Positions 28,202 through 41,587 of a stretch of DNA of 64,000 bases are shown piece by piece. Under the pieces are notes generated by a model. The model searched no databases. It saw only the letters and a program-made list of their open reading frames with translations, and was not told the origin of the DNA. Origin of the DNA: Vitrella brassicaformis CCMP3155 (Eukaryota; Protista; Chromerida); NCBI GenBank assembly GCA_001179505.1, contig CDMY01000356.1, forward strand, positions 248,001-312,000. Reading direction: 5' to 3'. A program made the translations under genes and the position numbers. How positions within the stretch are numbered: the stretch's first letter is position 1; each line of letters opens with the position of its first letter.

Positions 28202-30450
28202 ATGAGTGAAGCCGGCGCATCCAGTCCTCAGACTGGCGGTCCTGGAGCTGTTGTTCGCCGTGGACGTCCTGCTCCAAGGGATGTGAACTACTTCTTGGAG
28301 GTAGGTCGAATGCACACCAACACAATACATACGAGTACTCACACATCTGCACTGATGATTTCTTTCTCTGATTCCCAGAAAATCTCTTTCGGCCCAGCAC
28401 AGTTGTGGGTGGCGATTCTGTGGGTGTTTTCGGATGGAGCCGAGGTCTTCACATTGTCGGTCATCAACACGACCATAGGCGCCGACTGGCAGCTCTCCCC
28501 GATGAGCAAGGGGTTCCTAATGTCCATGGTCTGTCGACAGGGCACGCAACACAAGCACAGGCACAAAACACACACACACTGACCCTTATTCCTGTGGTGG
28601 ATGGATGGCCAGCTCCTGGTCGGCCTGGGCACCGGCAGCGCTATCTCTGGGTGGCTATCGGACGCTTATGGGCGGAGGAATTCCATCCTGATGGCTCTCT
28701 GCGGCATCATCGCGAGCAACCTGACCACTTTGTTTGCCACCGGCTACTGGTACATGCTCTTCTGTCGGCTTCTGGCGGGTATATCAGTGGGGTTTGGGAT
28801 ACCGGCATGGTGAGGGAGGGGGGGAGGGGGGGAGGAAAGGAACGCGCCATCTCACATCAACCCCCACTACACGCCTTCTGACTCTCTCTCTTTTCCTATG
28901 TCTTTGTGTCTGTGTGTCTGTCTGTCTGTCTGGTAGGCTTTCGCTCATCAATGAGCTTTCGCCCATCCGAGCCAGAGCGCCCCTGCAGGCAATTGGCGGC
29001 TTTTTCTTCCTCGTGGGCTCGTCATACGCCTGTGTCTCTATCATTATTGTTGACCCCATGATGCAGCACCTCTCGTGGCGGCTGCTGCTGGTGTGCGCCA
29101 CCCTCCCGGCCATCGTTGCCATTGGACCGGCCATAGTGTACCTGCCGGAGAGCCCCCACTTCTTGCTCGTCAAGGGCAGAGGCGAGGAGGCCAGGCAAGT
29201 GCTGAGATCTCTGGCGCGCACCAATGGGCGGACAATAAAGGAGCTAGAGGAGGAGAATGCGATTAGCATGCCTGAGCAGGCGGCAGCTGCCGCGGCCAGT
29301 GAGGAGGGGGCGGGCATGAGCACTATCGGCATCCTGTTAGGGAGAAAGTACCTCTTCTCGACCATTGTGTTGTGCTATTCATCTTGCTGCTTCAATCTGA
29401 CCATATACGGCCTATTGGTGAGCCCCAGCCGCTGATGCGCTGATGTGTGGCTTGATGCCGTTTGTCTGTCTCCTTGTCTGTCTGTGTTGGTGTGTGTGGT
29501 TGGTTGTCAGTACGCTCTTCCCCAGTGCTTCCCCGCCATGGAGCAGACAAGCCACATCCCTCCTGGGTACGCAGCACACCCCCTGCCATCCATCCATCCA
29601 CACGGACATACATCCATACCAATAGACAGACCCATGTGGCGGTGGATGGATGGATGGCTGATGGATGGCTGATGGATGGATGGGCAGGTACGCTCTTTTG
29701 ATCGGCGAGGTGTTTTTTTCATTGAACTGCGTCCCTCTATTGTACGCCGACGTCCTTCCGCGGGTCGTTTCCATCTCGTCTCTCCTGCTGCTCGAGGCGA
29801 CCATTCTTTTGTCCTTCTCTGGGGCGCTCGTCACTGGCCTGACCACTCTTGCGACCGTCATCATCATGACTGCGAAGCTCGTGGGCCAGACGGCCTTCTC
29901 TTTCGTCTACTTCTTCGCGTCTGAGTTGTACCCGACAGTGGTGCGGGCGTCTGGGGTGTCGCTTGCTGTGGCAATGGGCAGACTTGGTGGCATTTTCTCT
30001 CCAATGCTGTTCGAGGGGCTGACGATGGCCATGGCGCCCCCTTCATCACCCAGCACCCCGGCGCCCAGTTTGTGGGCTTCTTCCTGCTGGTGGCCGTGTG
30101 CGTGCTCGCCGACGCGATGCTCTTCTCCTGCGGTATGAAAGAGATGACAACCAATCTGTCGTTATCTATGCTGGTCTGAAACAGTGCCCTTCGAGACGCG
30201 CGGGCAGGCCCTGCTGGACGTGTACACCGATGTCCGCCAAGACACGCGCTACTCCGAGACACCGCTGCAGCGGGCCGTATCGCACCGATATCACCGAGAT
30301 CTCGAGGAGGAGGACCATGACGGCACCGGCCCCCCACGAAAGCTCTCCGTGCCGATTGCCGTGGAGAAGAGGCTGAAAGGCAGGCAGCTGGGGAACGCGC
30401 CTTTAGTGGGTGATGCGAGCAGAGCAGAAGATTACCAGGCGTGTCGGTGA
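28202..30450 (+). CDS. Major facilitator superfamily transporter, SV2/SVOP-like, multi-exon, with an apparent 1-nt frameshift at ~30037-30041
   Basis: Motifs include FGPAQLW, SDGAEVF, GWLSDAYGRRNS (MFS motif A), CRLLAGISVG, ELSPIRAR, LPESPHFL..GRGEEA, FASELYPTVVRASG and ETRGQAL. Multiple hydrophobic segments. Confidence 0.9.
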
Positions 30451-30951
30451 ATGCGGGGGACAGCGGTGTGTGGGTGACAGGCGGGAGGGCTTCATGAGTG
30501 TGTGATGGTGGGATGCGATGGCGATAGCATGGTATCTATCAGGTGAAGATGTGGAGGTGAGATGTGGTGTGGTGTCTGTCTCTTTGTTGTTGGACGTGGT
30601 TGATTGACACACATTGCTGGGAGACGGACGGGACACATCACAGCTCTGTACAGTGCGTGTCTGTCATGAAACCATCCGTCCATCCATCCATCCATCCACT
30701 CAGTCAGTCAGTCAGTCAGTCAGTCGGCCAACCAGCTCACATACGCACGCAATCGATTCATGCAGTCGGTGGATCAGCAGCTATCCAGCTATGGGACTAG
30801 ATTGGTGGACCTTGGCCACCGTCGTGTCCTTCCTCCACCTGATCGACAAACAAAAGGGGACAAACGGAAATGATCAAATGACACGGCACAACCGTGACCC
30901 TGCCCCCATTCAGTCACCCGCCGGCAGATGATCAGCACCCGTGTGGATGCA

Positions 30952-33900
30952 TCAGAAGGATAGGTCGTCTTCGCCCTCCTCATCGTCTTCGAAGTCGTCG
31001 TCGTCGTCACCATCGTCCTCCAAACCGTCGGCATCGCGCTCATACGCCTTCAACCTGACACACATACACGCACACACACACATACACGCAAAGGGGCGGG
31101 CTGTGCTGCATGTGGGCATGCATGTGGGCAGATGAGGTGGGTGTGTTGTGTGGGTGTTACTTTCGTTTGGCCTCCTGTTTGTCATTCTTCTGGAATAGCT
31201 TCTGGTAGTCGACTCGCGGCTTCCGCCCGGCAGCACCACCGCCACGGCCGCCGCCACGCTTGCCCCCACGACCCCTACCGCCACGACCAGCCTTACCTGA
31301 CGCACACACACGTACACATACGCACAGAGGCATCCATCCCAACATATATCAGCACGTATGGACAAGCATTGTGTGTGCGGGGGCTGACTGAATTTGTCAT
31401 AGAACTGGAATGCGTATGCGGCCTGGCCCATGGGGTCGGCCCGCGGCAGCTCCTGCTCCACGTAGTCCATCTCATCCACACCGACCTCACCATCATGCCC
31501 ACCATGCTCGTCATGGTCATCTCCCTCCATCTTGACAACACCACCAGCAGCAGCGGGTGCCGCTCGACCACCCCTCCCTCTACCCCCACCCCCACCCCTT
31601 CCCCTGCCGCCACGGCCCCGTTTGGCCGGCGCGATCGACTTGCGGCGGTAGTCTTGCCGCCCGACGCTCAGCCGCACCTCGAACGAGCCGAACGAGTTGA
31701 TGGAACTGCGACGCGGACGGGGCCGGCACGGCGGGGAGGGGGAATGGGCAGGGGAGGAGCCACCCGCCGATGACTCCTTCACCCGACCGCCCTCCTGCCT
31801 CCCCTTCTTGCCCGATCGGCTGAGGCGCAGGTGGCGGCCTTCAGGGTCGGGTGGTGGCCGCACCGATGGACCAGCACGCTCACTGTCGTCGGCCTGGGTG
31901 GCGTCCACCAGAGGGTCTTCCTCCATGGGCTGCGGGTCGTGTGAGGGTTGCGGGAGGTCGACGGGCTTCGGTCTCTGCCGGACGTCCTTGAACGGGTCGT
32001 GGAGGCCCTTCTGCGGCCGCCGCTCTGCCAAATGCTGCAGTTGCTGCACACACAGGCATGATATTGAGGACATGGAGGGTGGGAGGTTGCTGTGTCCACA
32101 TTTCGTCCCGTGTGTCTGATGCATGCATACCATTCTGGCTTTCTGGGGTCCTTTCGCCTTCTCAAAGTCCTTCTTGGGTGCCCCATCGCCATCTGACGTT
32201 ACGCAGCACAGAGAGGGAGGGAACACACACGAAGGGATGACCCATCCATCCATCCATCCGTCTATCCATCGATGGAAGGGATGGGTGGCTGTCACTGCTG
32301 GAGGTTCTGTTCTCTCCTATGACCGTTCTTCTTTTTCTTCTTCTCGGGGGGCGCCTTCTCGGCTCGCTCAGTCCTGACACACAGGCATAGATGAGATGAG
32401 GGGTGTAATGCTATCCGACTTGTTCCCTTTATGTGTGTCAGTTGGTCATCTCACCACATGTCATAGTATTGGGAGCACTCTGCGGCGGTGCGGCCGGTCC
32501 CGAGCTCGCGAGCAACACACTCCCAGCAGCTGCACACAAACACCCACCCAGAATGGATGAGCAATGCACCAACCGTCACAATTATCAGGCGCTTCTTCAG
32601 TGTGGCTGGCTGGCTTACTCGGGGTCCCTGAAGTCTACTTTGCCAATCGTCAAGATGCGCTCCAACTTGTCCATCTCAGCACCGGTCCACTCCTCACCAA
32701 CACGACCCTTGCTAACACCACCACTTCCTGCACCGGCAGCTGCAGCCTTCCCCCCGCCGGCGGCCTTGGCCTTGGCGCGGCCACCTGCAGCCCTAGACGC
32801 CCCCCGACGGACCACAGCAGACGGCTGGCCTCTGTCTGCTCGCTGCCTGTCGTCCTTGGCTCCTGCGCGGCCGCGTCCTGTCCTCACGGACGGCTCCGGC
32901 TGCTCGGATGGGTCAATGGCCGATGGCTGGGATGACTGCAGGCTCTCGTCGGTGTCCAGGACGTCAGAAGAGCTCTCACTCACCTGCTTCTTTTTTGCCG
33001 CCGCCTTGGCCTTGGGCTTGGCCGCAGTGGCATTGCGCTTGCGCTGCCTGGGGCCGCTCGGCACCTCATCTTGGTCCTCCTGCGAGCATGAGGGCGGGGC
33101 CGCCTTGGGAGCAACGAGTGGCCGCTTGGGTTTGCGGGGCCGGCGCATCTTGATGTCACGACCGTCGTCCCTGCCCGAATGGGACACCCTCACGCGGCCC
33201 TTCACCTCTCCCCCGCCCTTGCCCCCCTCCTGCTTGTGCTGCTGCTGCTCCTCTTGCAGCTGCAGCTGTTTCTTGAGTGCCCGGGCCTCATCTCTGTCCT
33301 TCTCAGGCTGGAACTTGCGCAGCAGCTTCTTGATGGGCGGGCCGGTCGTCTCGTCATCGTCCTGTGGTTGCTGGGCCGGTGGCACGTGTGGCGTCTGCAC
33401 TTGGACGAGGGGAAGGTCGGCGCTGGGTGACATCTGGATGGGGGCGGGAGAAGCAGGGGGAGCGGCAGGGGGAGGGGGAGGGGGATGACCACGGTAGTCA
33501 CAGGCAGGGCTGCGTGACTCGTCGCTCATGACGATGCGATTGGCCTTGCGGCGCACAGGGATGCGATCGGAGTCGTTCTCCGATGAGCCCGATCCGGCCT
33601 TGGCATAGTTGACTCGACTGTGCCGCCGTGCTGCAGATGATGGCTTGCCGTTCTTGTAGTCACCGCAGTTGGCTATCTCCTGCAGAATCCGCGACAGCTT
33701 CTTCTTGGGCTTGAGGTTTGGGTTGGCAGGGGGAGGGGAAGGGGCAGGGGGGTGGTCTGATTGGCGGACGTCTGTGGCGCCTGCTGCGTCAGCATGGGCA
33801 CCAGAGGCACCGATGTGCGCAGCGACAGACTGGCTATGAGGGGCGATGGGCTGGCCGGCATTGACGAGATGAGCTCCTGGCTTCCTCCCGTCCTCTGCTG

Positions 33901-34117
33901 CTGGTGGTGGCGCTGCTACTGGGCCATCACCGGCTGCAGATCGGTGCATCTGTGGTCTGGCATCGCTATCCACCTGCCGGTCGGCAAGCGGGGCCTTCTC
34001 ACGCACACTGCCGCCTGTTGCGAACAGACGAACAGACAGACGCACATCCATCATTCCAATCCATGCGCATTTATTCACCTTGCGCATGAGTTGACGGGTG
34101 ATCTTGCGGCATTCCAT
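30952..34117 (-). CDS. Low-complexity, probably nuclear protein with one SANT/Myb domain, RGG-rich segments and an acidic tail
   Basis: Splicing GA|gtaagc...tgcag|C gives EEWTGAEMDKLERILTIGKVDFRDPDCWECVARELGTGRTAAECSQYYDMW, which has the SANT/Myb W..W..RT..EC spacing. The protein also has basic NLS-like runs, RGRGG repeats and a terminal DDDDDFEDDEEGEDDLSF*. Confidence 0.7.
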
Positions 34118-34586
34118 CGGTCTGCGGCCTTGCACCCTCTTCACCAACACCTTCCTTTGGCCTTTTCTTCAGGGACCTCCCCAATGCGCTCGGCAACGAA
34201 GGCTCGGCATTCATCCTCAAACTCACTCAACCAACATTCATAGGCATGCCCTCCCTGAGGGTCAAGGAAGGGAACATGCCGTCCTCTTCAAAACCCTGGT
34301 CACTGCAAGCTCACGTGCGATCGTTTGCGAGCTCAAAATCTCCAATCAGGTGAAACACCCAGGGAGCGACGCCCCCCTACCAACCAGGTTTCCAGCAGGA
34401 CAGCGAAAAGCTGGTATGCAACAAACAGCGGGCCCCACGAACTCACCCGGTCCGAGGTTGGAGGTTGAAGCCCTTTGCACGGTCGACAGCGAGAGCTGCC
34501 CCTTCAGCTGATGAGGCCTTGACGGCCTGCTTGCACTGTGGGACTCAAAGGCCCTCTCTCCCTCCGCCCCCTCGTTTCCCTGTTCT

Positions 34587-35783
34587 ATGATGCCAGAATC
34601 CCAAGGCGACGCGGAGCATTCCAGCCGGTTCCTGGAGCCTCCATCACTGCAAGTGCAGGAGGCGCCCGTACAGGATGATGCTCCTGTGGGCTCTCCAGCA
34701 GCTTCCCCACCTTTGTCGGCCAAAAGCAGTGATGACGAGGGACCCGAGAAGCCACTCCTCTACTCACCTGGCCGAAGCGTACGCAGAACCACCATCCTCT
34801 CGTGTGTGTGCTTTGATGTCTTTGTCTGTTATGTGTGTGCAGTTCCCCCCTCCCACCCCTTCTGAGCAGCTATCGCAGTTCATGGTCGGCATGACGGCCT
34901 TTGTGGGGGCCACGTCGGTGGCCATCGCCGCCACCTGGCCCTTCCAGGAGCTCACCAGTTTGGGCGACTTCTTCTTCGTCGACAAGCCCTTCCTCTGGAC
35001 CATCTACGGGTGCTTCTTCGTCGGCCACACGGCGCTATACTTCATCTGCCGCACCGTGCTGCGCGTGTGCGGGGCCGAGTACCGCGACTCCCAGAAGGCC
35101 GACTCGTGGCTCATGACGCTGCTGGCTGGGATGATCGTGTTTAGCTTCGGCTGCTGGGCGCTGGTGGAGATCGTGGTGAGGGGAGGCTTCAACGAGCGGG
35201 GCTTCCGGGCAATAGTGAGGAGCGACCCGTGGCCTGCAAAGATATCGAATCTGTACTACCTGGCCAACTGCCATGCGGACCTGGTGGTGGGGTCGCTGGT
35301 GTATCCGGCGGCCATCGACATGCTGACGGGCTGGATCCACCACGCTGCTACACGGCCATCATGTGCTACGGCCTGTCGCACCGGCTCAACTTCATCATCA
35401 CCCTCTTCGGGGTGGTGGAGCTGCCCACCCTCATGATAGCCATCGGCAACATTCACACCCCGTGGCGCTTCGACTGGTCCATGGGCATCGCATTCATCCT
35501 CACACGCGTCATATACCACACCATCCTGCTGATCGTCCTCCTGGTCTACCACTACTATGTGCCGGGCTTCTATACCACGGGGGCGCTGCTGTTGCACCTT
35601 TATTGGATCACATCGTGGCTACAGAAAAAACTGGGAGGAGGGAGAAGGCTGTCGGGAAGCAGCAGAAAGAAGAATAATGAAGGTGACCCTGAGGCCCAGC
35701 TGAGTGACGGCAGGGATAGCTACGGCGCCGTGCAGATCATCAGGCAGCCGACGTGGCCGAGAGGGGAGCCGGGAGGGAGCTGA
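34587..35783 (+). CDS. TLC (TRAM/LAG1/CLN8)-domain membrane protein with an apparent 1-nt frameshift at ~35347
   Basis: Phase-0 intron at 34779-34842. Hydrophobic helices carry ADLVVG, LTGWIHH and, in the shifted frame, YTAIMCY...VELPTLMIAIG...FILTRVIYH, which are typical TLC HH/ELPT/R motifs. Confidence 0.75.
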
Positions 35784-36595
35784 GCGGGCGGGGCGGGGGA
35801 GGGAGACACGATGATGAATGAAGCTGGCCTTGCTGCTGTGGTATATATGTCGTATGTGGTCTTGGTTGGTTGGTGTTTGGACTTTCTTGGGCAATTACTT
35901 AGGGCATAAGCAATGCAATCAATGGGCGTGTGCGTGTGCATGGGTGAGGTCAGTTCTCGTGTTATGAGACCGAACACAGGACTCAAGCAGGAGAAGATCT
36001 GATTGACTTCCCTCTTGGTTGGTGCTGTCAGTGTCTGTCTCTTCTTGGTCAATGCAGCTAGCTATCTATATCGCTCATCTCATGAGTGTGGCCGTGCTGC
36101 GATGTACATATTTCAACCATCATGGCAGGCAGCTGGCCAACCACACCAATGAGTCGTTCACACAGAGTCGGTCACACACACACATCCACGATCTATGTCC
36201 ACATAAACCTACCTACGTGGCAAATTGGCTGGCTGGCTGACCAGCGGCTGTCCGTCTGTCTGGTCGCCTCCTACACGGACGGCACGACACAGCACGCAGC
36301 TGACTGCATCCATCCATCCATCCACTCAGTCAGTCAGTATGTGTGTGGCTCGGAAAACCGGCAGAGTAGTTGCCGTTTCCTTCCTGACTAGTCAGTCATG
36401 CGTTTGGCTCGAGTGCCTGTGCCTGCTTGGATGCCTTGGCCGCCGCCCCTCTCAGCGCCACAAAGGACTCGCCCGACTCACCCTCCATGTTTGCAATATC
36501 CTTGCCTGAATGATTACCAGACATACATGAGAGACACAGACAGAGTGTCTTGTATGCATCGGCTGGTTGGGAGGCATTGTCTCATCTATGGGTGC

Positions 36596-39500
36596 TTACA
36601 TACCCCTGAGTATGCCTAATGCCTCCTGGAGTGACTCGATCTCTTGTTTCCTGCGGGCCTGTCGCTCCTCGAATGACATGGGCTGGTACTCACACGTGGC
36701 CTTGAGCTTCTCGATGTAATCCAATATCGCATCCAACTCCTTCTGCACGTCAGCCTGTACCCACATTAAACCACATCACACCACACCAAACTCTGCCTAA
36801 CATTGTTCATCCTCTGGCTGCCAGACCTTGTCGCTCTTTGAGTCGGCGATGCTGTTTTCGAGGGATTTCTTCTCGGACTCCTTGCCCTTGACCTCGGCTG
36901 TCTTGGTTGCCTTGAGCACCTTGTTGTCGGCCATCATCTGCTCGTACTCCTTCTGCGCCGCATCCTCACCCGCACGAGCATCAGCCTCCATACGCGCAAA
37001 GTCGGACTCGGCCACCTGCACACACACCAAGGGGGGGATAGGGATGGTCGTGAGGATGCGTTGGTCGGTCTACGTGTCTGTCAACATAAGTACCTTTAGT
37101 ATTCCGATGACGCCATCAGCGCCGGACACCTCACGTGCGCCCGAGAAAATGTCGCCGCCGTACTCGGGAGCTTGCTGAAGGAAGGTGATCGAGTGAGTGA
37201 CACGCGGCAGTCAGCAGAAGGAAAATGTGGTTTGGTGTCTGCCACCTGGCTGGCTGACCTTTGTCTTTGATGAGACTTGTATGAGTGCCTCTGGCTTGGA
37301 GCCAGCACCAGCGTAGTAGCTATTCAGAACCTGAGGGACGACCGACAGACAGACACAGACAGCATTGCATTCACATGAGAGAGGAGAGCCCAAGACACGG
37401 AATGTGCGTGTTAGTATATGTGTGGACCTGTATTGCGGCGGCGATGGCCTCCTGTCCGTCTGCATAGTCCTTGACAGCCACCTCGTACTCAGCGTGCTCA
37501 TTCTGCCGGATCTCTGTCGCCTTGGTTTGACACCATTGACACACACACACACGCCGGCACATGAGTTTACACGCGAGCCACCCATCCATCCAGGCGTACC
37601 ACGGCCTGGTCGATTTCGGCCAGTTGTTTGTTGAGCTCAGCGATGTCCTGTGTGAGCTCTGAGACGTGAGCCTCAGCCTCCTCGATGCGTGCGGTGAGGT
37701 CGTCGACTTTGCCCGACTTGGTCTCCTGCGCCTTCTGGCTCTTCTTGCTCTCCTCATCACACCAACCCTTGTGGTCGGCCTCCTCAGCCTGGCACCACAG
37801 ACAAATACAACACACACGCACGCACGCACACCATGTCTACATATGTCTCCTTCCTCTCGTCTTTTGCCCGATGACGCACCTGTTCGTTCATGAGTCTGAC
37901 GATCATCTGGTTGATCATGTCCTTCACCTTGGCGAAGGCGTCGTTGCCCGTCGCCGTGCGAACAGCCAGCTGGGCCAGGCCCACCGAGTTGAGCTTCTGG
38001 GCGGCGCTCCGGAGCACCTGCGCCGCCCGCTCTCTGAGGACATTGCTGCGGCTGTCAGTGTGGGACTTGATCTGCACCAACGCGGGAGCTTCGCCGGCAA
38101 GGCGACGCTGAGCCACTCCCTGACACACAGACAGACAAACGGAGAGAGACATGGGATGGCGTGCATGAATCGTGAGTGTTGTGTGGTACTTGGAAGTTGT
38201 CTTCGGAGAGGATGGTTTGCGCCTCCTGCAGTGCCTTGATCTCCTCGGCCCGCGACCTCTCCCTCTCCTCCATCTCGGCGGCCTTTTGGCTGCAGGCGGC
38301 CTTAAGGTCTGTGAGGTACTTTTTGTCCGTCTTGACCGTCTTGGTCGTCTGAGACAAATCCTGCTCGTTCTGCATCCGTGCGTGCACACACCCATGGAGA
38401 CAAACACACACGCACACACAGGGAGAGAGAGAGAGATGCTCGTGCGAGTGTGTTGCAATGCGGTGTGTGTGTCTGTCTGACCTGTCCGATGGCCTCTTCC
38501 TTTGATGCCTTGGTGTTGGTGGCTTCTGCCAGTGCCTTCTGCTGTGCTGCGATTTCGTCACCGAGGGACTGGGCCAGGAGCTCAAACGCATGCTGAGACT
38601 TCATCTCCTCCCTACACGCATACACACCGCACACAGAGATGACCAAGAGATCCCTTGACCGGCGGGTGGTGTCACCCTTGCTTACTTTCTGGCGCATTTT
38701 GTGCCTGTATGGCCTTTTCCTTGAGGTTGGCGAGGACCTGCATGACGCCCCCGCTGTGAGACTCGTAGGCCTTGGCCTCGGGATTGTCGAAGCTCAACCC
38801 CACGTCATCGGGATCCTGCAAACACACACACACACCCCAACACACACCGACACAGACAGACACACACTGGTGTATGTGCGTGCATGGGGCCTGTCTGTCT
38901 GTTTGTGTGCGGGATAGCGCTACCTCTGTGGCCTGTATGAATGACCGAAGTTTGCTGCGGTCGTTGGAGTTGATGAGGGACGCATCCACGATGGTCTGCA
39001 GGGAGGTCGCCACCGTCATCAGGTCGCTCTTGAGGCCAGCGTTGGCCACGTCCGCCCGACCTCCAACGATCTGGATGAACCCCGACTTCTTCAGAATGTT
39101 CAGGGCCCTGAGAAGGAAACCACACACAGACATCCACACCAGGAGGATCCAGCCATGGTAGCCTTTGTTTCTCCCTCCCCTGTCTGTGTATTCCTTACCG
39201 GACGATGGCGTCCAGGGTCTCGCTGAGTTCCTTGTCGCTGGCAACGAACGCCTCGCGCTCACTGTCGCGAATCTCCGTGGCCTTCTTCAAATCTGCAAAA
39301 TAGATACGGCAAACACTAAAGCCGCCCTTCTTATCCCATTGTCCTCTCCCCACCTCCTCACCTTGTTCATTGGTGCTGATGCCGGCGTTGAGCTCCTCAA
39401 TTTGGGTGCCCAACTCGGCCACCTCGGCCTTCAAACTCTCAAGCGTCGCGCTCACGTCCTGCACACGCCACAACACACAACACAGCGGCGCATCTGTAGA

Positions 39501-39850
39501 TCTCTTTGTAGCTATGTGACGGCAGCGAGGCTGGCCGACCCACCTGTATGTGCTGTTCGCCGAAAGCGACTGCATCTCCCTTCTTGTCGTCTTCAGATCT
39601 GCACCACTCCTGGTAGGCGGCGAACTGCTCCTGCTCGGTCTTGCCCTCATCGACCACCTTCTTCTCCATGTCAGCCAGCAACGACAGCACCTGCACACCC
39701 ACACGCACACACAAACACGATAGATCTGACGAGACCTCGTCTGCCGTGCTGTCGGCCATGCACCTTTTGAATCGGGCCGACGTTATCCTGCGATGACAAG
39801 GCTGAAACGGCCATGAGAGGGAGAACGAACAGGAACGCGAGAGGGGTCAT
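36596..39850 (-). CDS. Secreted long coiled-coil protein built of two homologous halves, of myzozoan (dinoflagellate/Perkinsus/coccidian-type) style, with an apparent 1-nt frameshift at ~38690
   Basis: Signal peptide MTPLAFLFVLPLMAVSA. Paired motifs: PIQKVLSLL..AYQEWC / AFAKVKDMI..HKGWCDEE; SGGVMQVL / ADGVIGIL; LKAAC..EERERSRAEEIKALQEA / LKATC..FEERQARRKQEIESLQEA. Confidence 0.75.
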
Positions 39851-39981
39851 TTTTTTGTGGATTCGGAGTTTACACACAATAGCTCGCGAGAAATCCTGGC
39901 CGCAGGTTTGACGTCTGGCGCCCTTTCCGCGGCGTTCAGCGACGTTGTAGTTGACAGATTTGTCGGATTTTGGCCACTTCT

Positions 39982-41105
39982 ATGGCGGATCTTTCCCATA
40001 CGTATGTCCAGCCGCCTCCTCCTGGGAGCAGGAGGCGCAGAACCAGGGAGACTACGGTGTGGGACGAACTCGGAGACCTCCCCGGATACGAGGTGGGTCA
40101 AAGAGCGGGAGGGAGCGTGAACGAGCCGCGTAAACGTGTCCTGTGTGTGCGCGCAGTGGGTCACCGACGAGAAGGATGACGTCATGGACGAGTACGTGAG
40201 GGTAAGAAGGGCGGCGGAGCCAGCAGGACCCACACGCACGGACATCAGCGGGAGATGAGCCAACACCGTACGTCTGTCTGTCTGTATCCCATGCAGCGAG
40301 CGAGTGAGGGGATCCCGCCCCGCACGTTCCCCAGCCCACCCTCCAACTCGCCACCTGCGAGATGCAGCCTTCACTTCCCGTGGACCAACACCACATACAC
40401 CAAACCAACACCGAGACCGACCCCTCATTCGTAGACAGCGACGATCCCTCCCCCTCCTCCCTCCCCCCCTCGTCGCTACATCACACCATCAGCCGCACCA
40501 TCGGCGACCGCGGCGGTCACAGCGACAGTCTCAAGATGTGTGGTGATGACGGCGCTGAGGACGACACGCAGATGTTGCCGGGCAGCCCCGCTACCGGCCT
40601 CAGCTTCATGTCGTTGGCGAGTGTCGGGGGGATGCTGGGAGGGGCGGATGTGGCCATGGGGGCGGGGGAGGGGGGTTTGGACGAGGACGACATGTGCGGC
40701 GGAGATATGCACGAGGATAGCTGGGGGTTTGGCGAAGATACGGCCGTCGGGGAGCCGTGGAACGAGGTAATTCATGGACTGCACACACCTGAAATGAAGA
40801 CAGACCACGGGTCACATCTCACTCTGGCTGGATCTGTGTGCCTTTTGCACCAGTTGTTTATCGCTTGTCGCGTCGCCTGTAGTGTGTCTGCCAGTGGCGG
40901 TGGCGGTGGTGGTGGCCTCTACGACACCACACCGACGCCGCCGCACCACAGTGCTCAACAGGCACATCCGCTGCCCGCCTTCTTCCCGGCGGCCGTGACG
41001 ACGGGCATGCCGGTGGCCGAGCACACGCCACAGAGATACCGACACGAGCACGACGAGGGGGAGTCGAGCAGCGACGAAGACGAGCAGCTATCCGTCAGAA
41101 GGTGA
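39982..41105 (+). CDS. Hypothetical acidic, low-complexity protein, multi-exon
   Basis: Phase-0 exons MADLSHTYVQ...WDELGDLPGYE|WVTDEKDDVMDEYVR|PSLPVDQHH..., followed by D/E/G-rich sequence. Divergent from the coiled-coil gene at ~130 bp. Confidence 0.5.
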
Positions 41106-41587
41106 GCAGAGAGGGCCCCACACAGAAGAAAGTGTTCAGTGTCCCATGGGCCGTCAGTGCCATGTTTGGTTGTGTTGTGTGGCTCATGCAGGAAGAGGGC
41201 CCGCGGCCGGCTCAGCACTCATCCTCCCTCGCACACCGCTGGAGGCATGATATGAGTGCAATATCACACACACACACACACACACATATACGACACACGA
41301 TACGCATCCATCCGTCTGTCTGCGTGGATTGGATGCGTACGTGTCCATTCCATGCAGTCCATCCATTAGACCGAAGCCAGCCATGTCTTGAGAGAAAGAT
41401 CGTGTATGGTGTGCTTGGATTGGGGGGGTGTCACTCTCTCGTGAGGCGTGTGGCTGCATGCTGCTTTCAAAGGACGGATAGACGGACAGACTGACGCTGT
41501 GCGTGTGTGCGTGCTGCGGCGAGTGTGAATGAAACTTCTACACAACCCGGCGAAAACAGATTGGCAGATCGTTCAGAACGATGTGCC

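Noticed and set aside
32433-33488. 351-aa plus-strand ORF and similar long antisense ORFs (e.g. 7910-8689, 52340-53260, 55412-55954)
   Set aside because: These are expected shadows of GC-rich coding exons on the opposite strand.
36596-39850. TolA, SMC or methyl-accepting chemotaxis call for the coiled-coil gene
   Set aside because: There are no Walker motifs, hinge or MCP signature. The gene has a signal peptide and spliceosomal introns, so the resemblance is only compositional.
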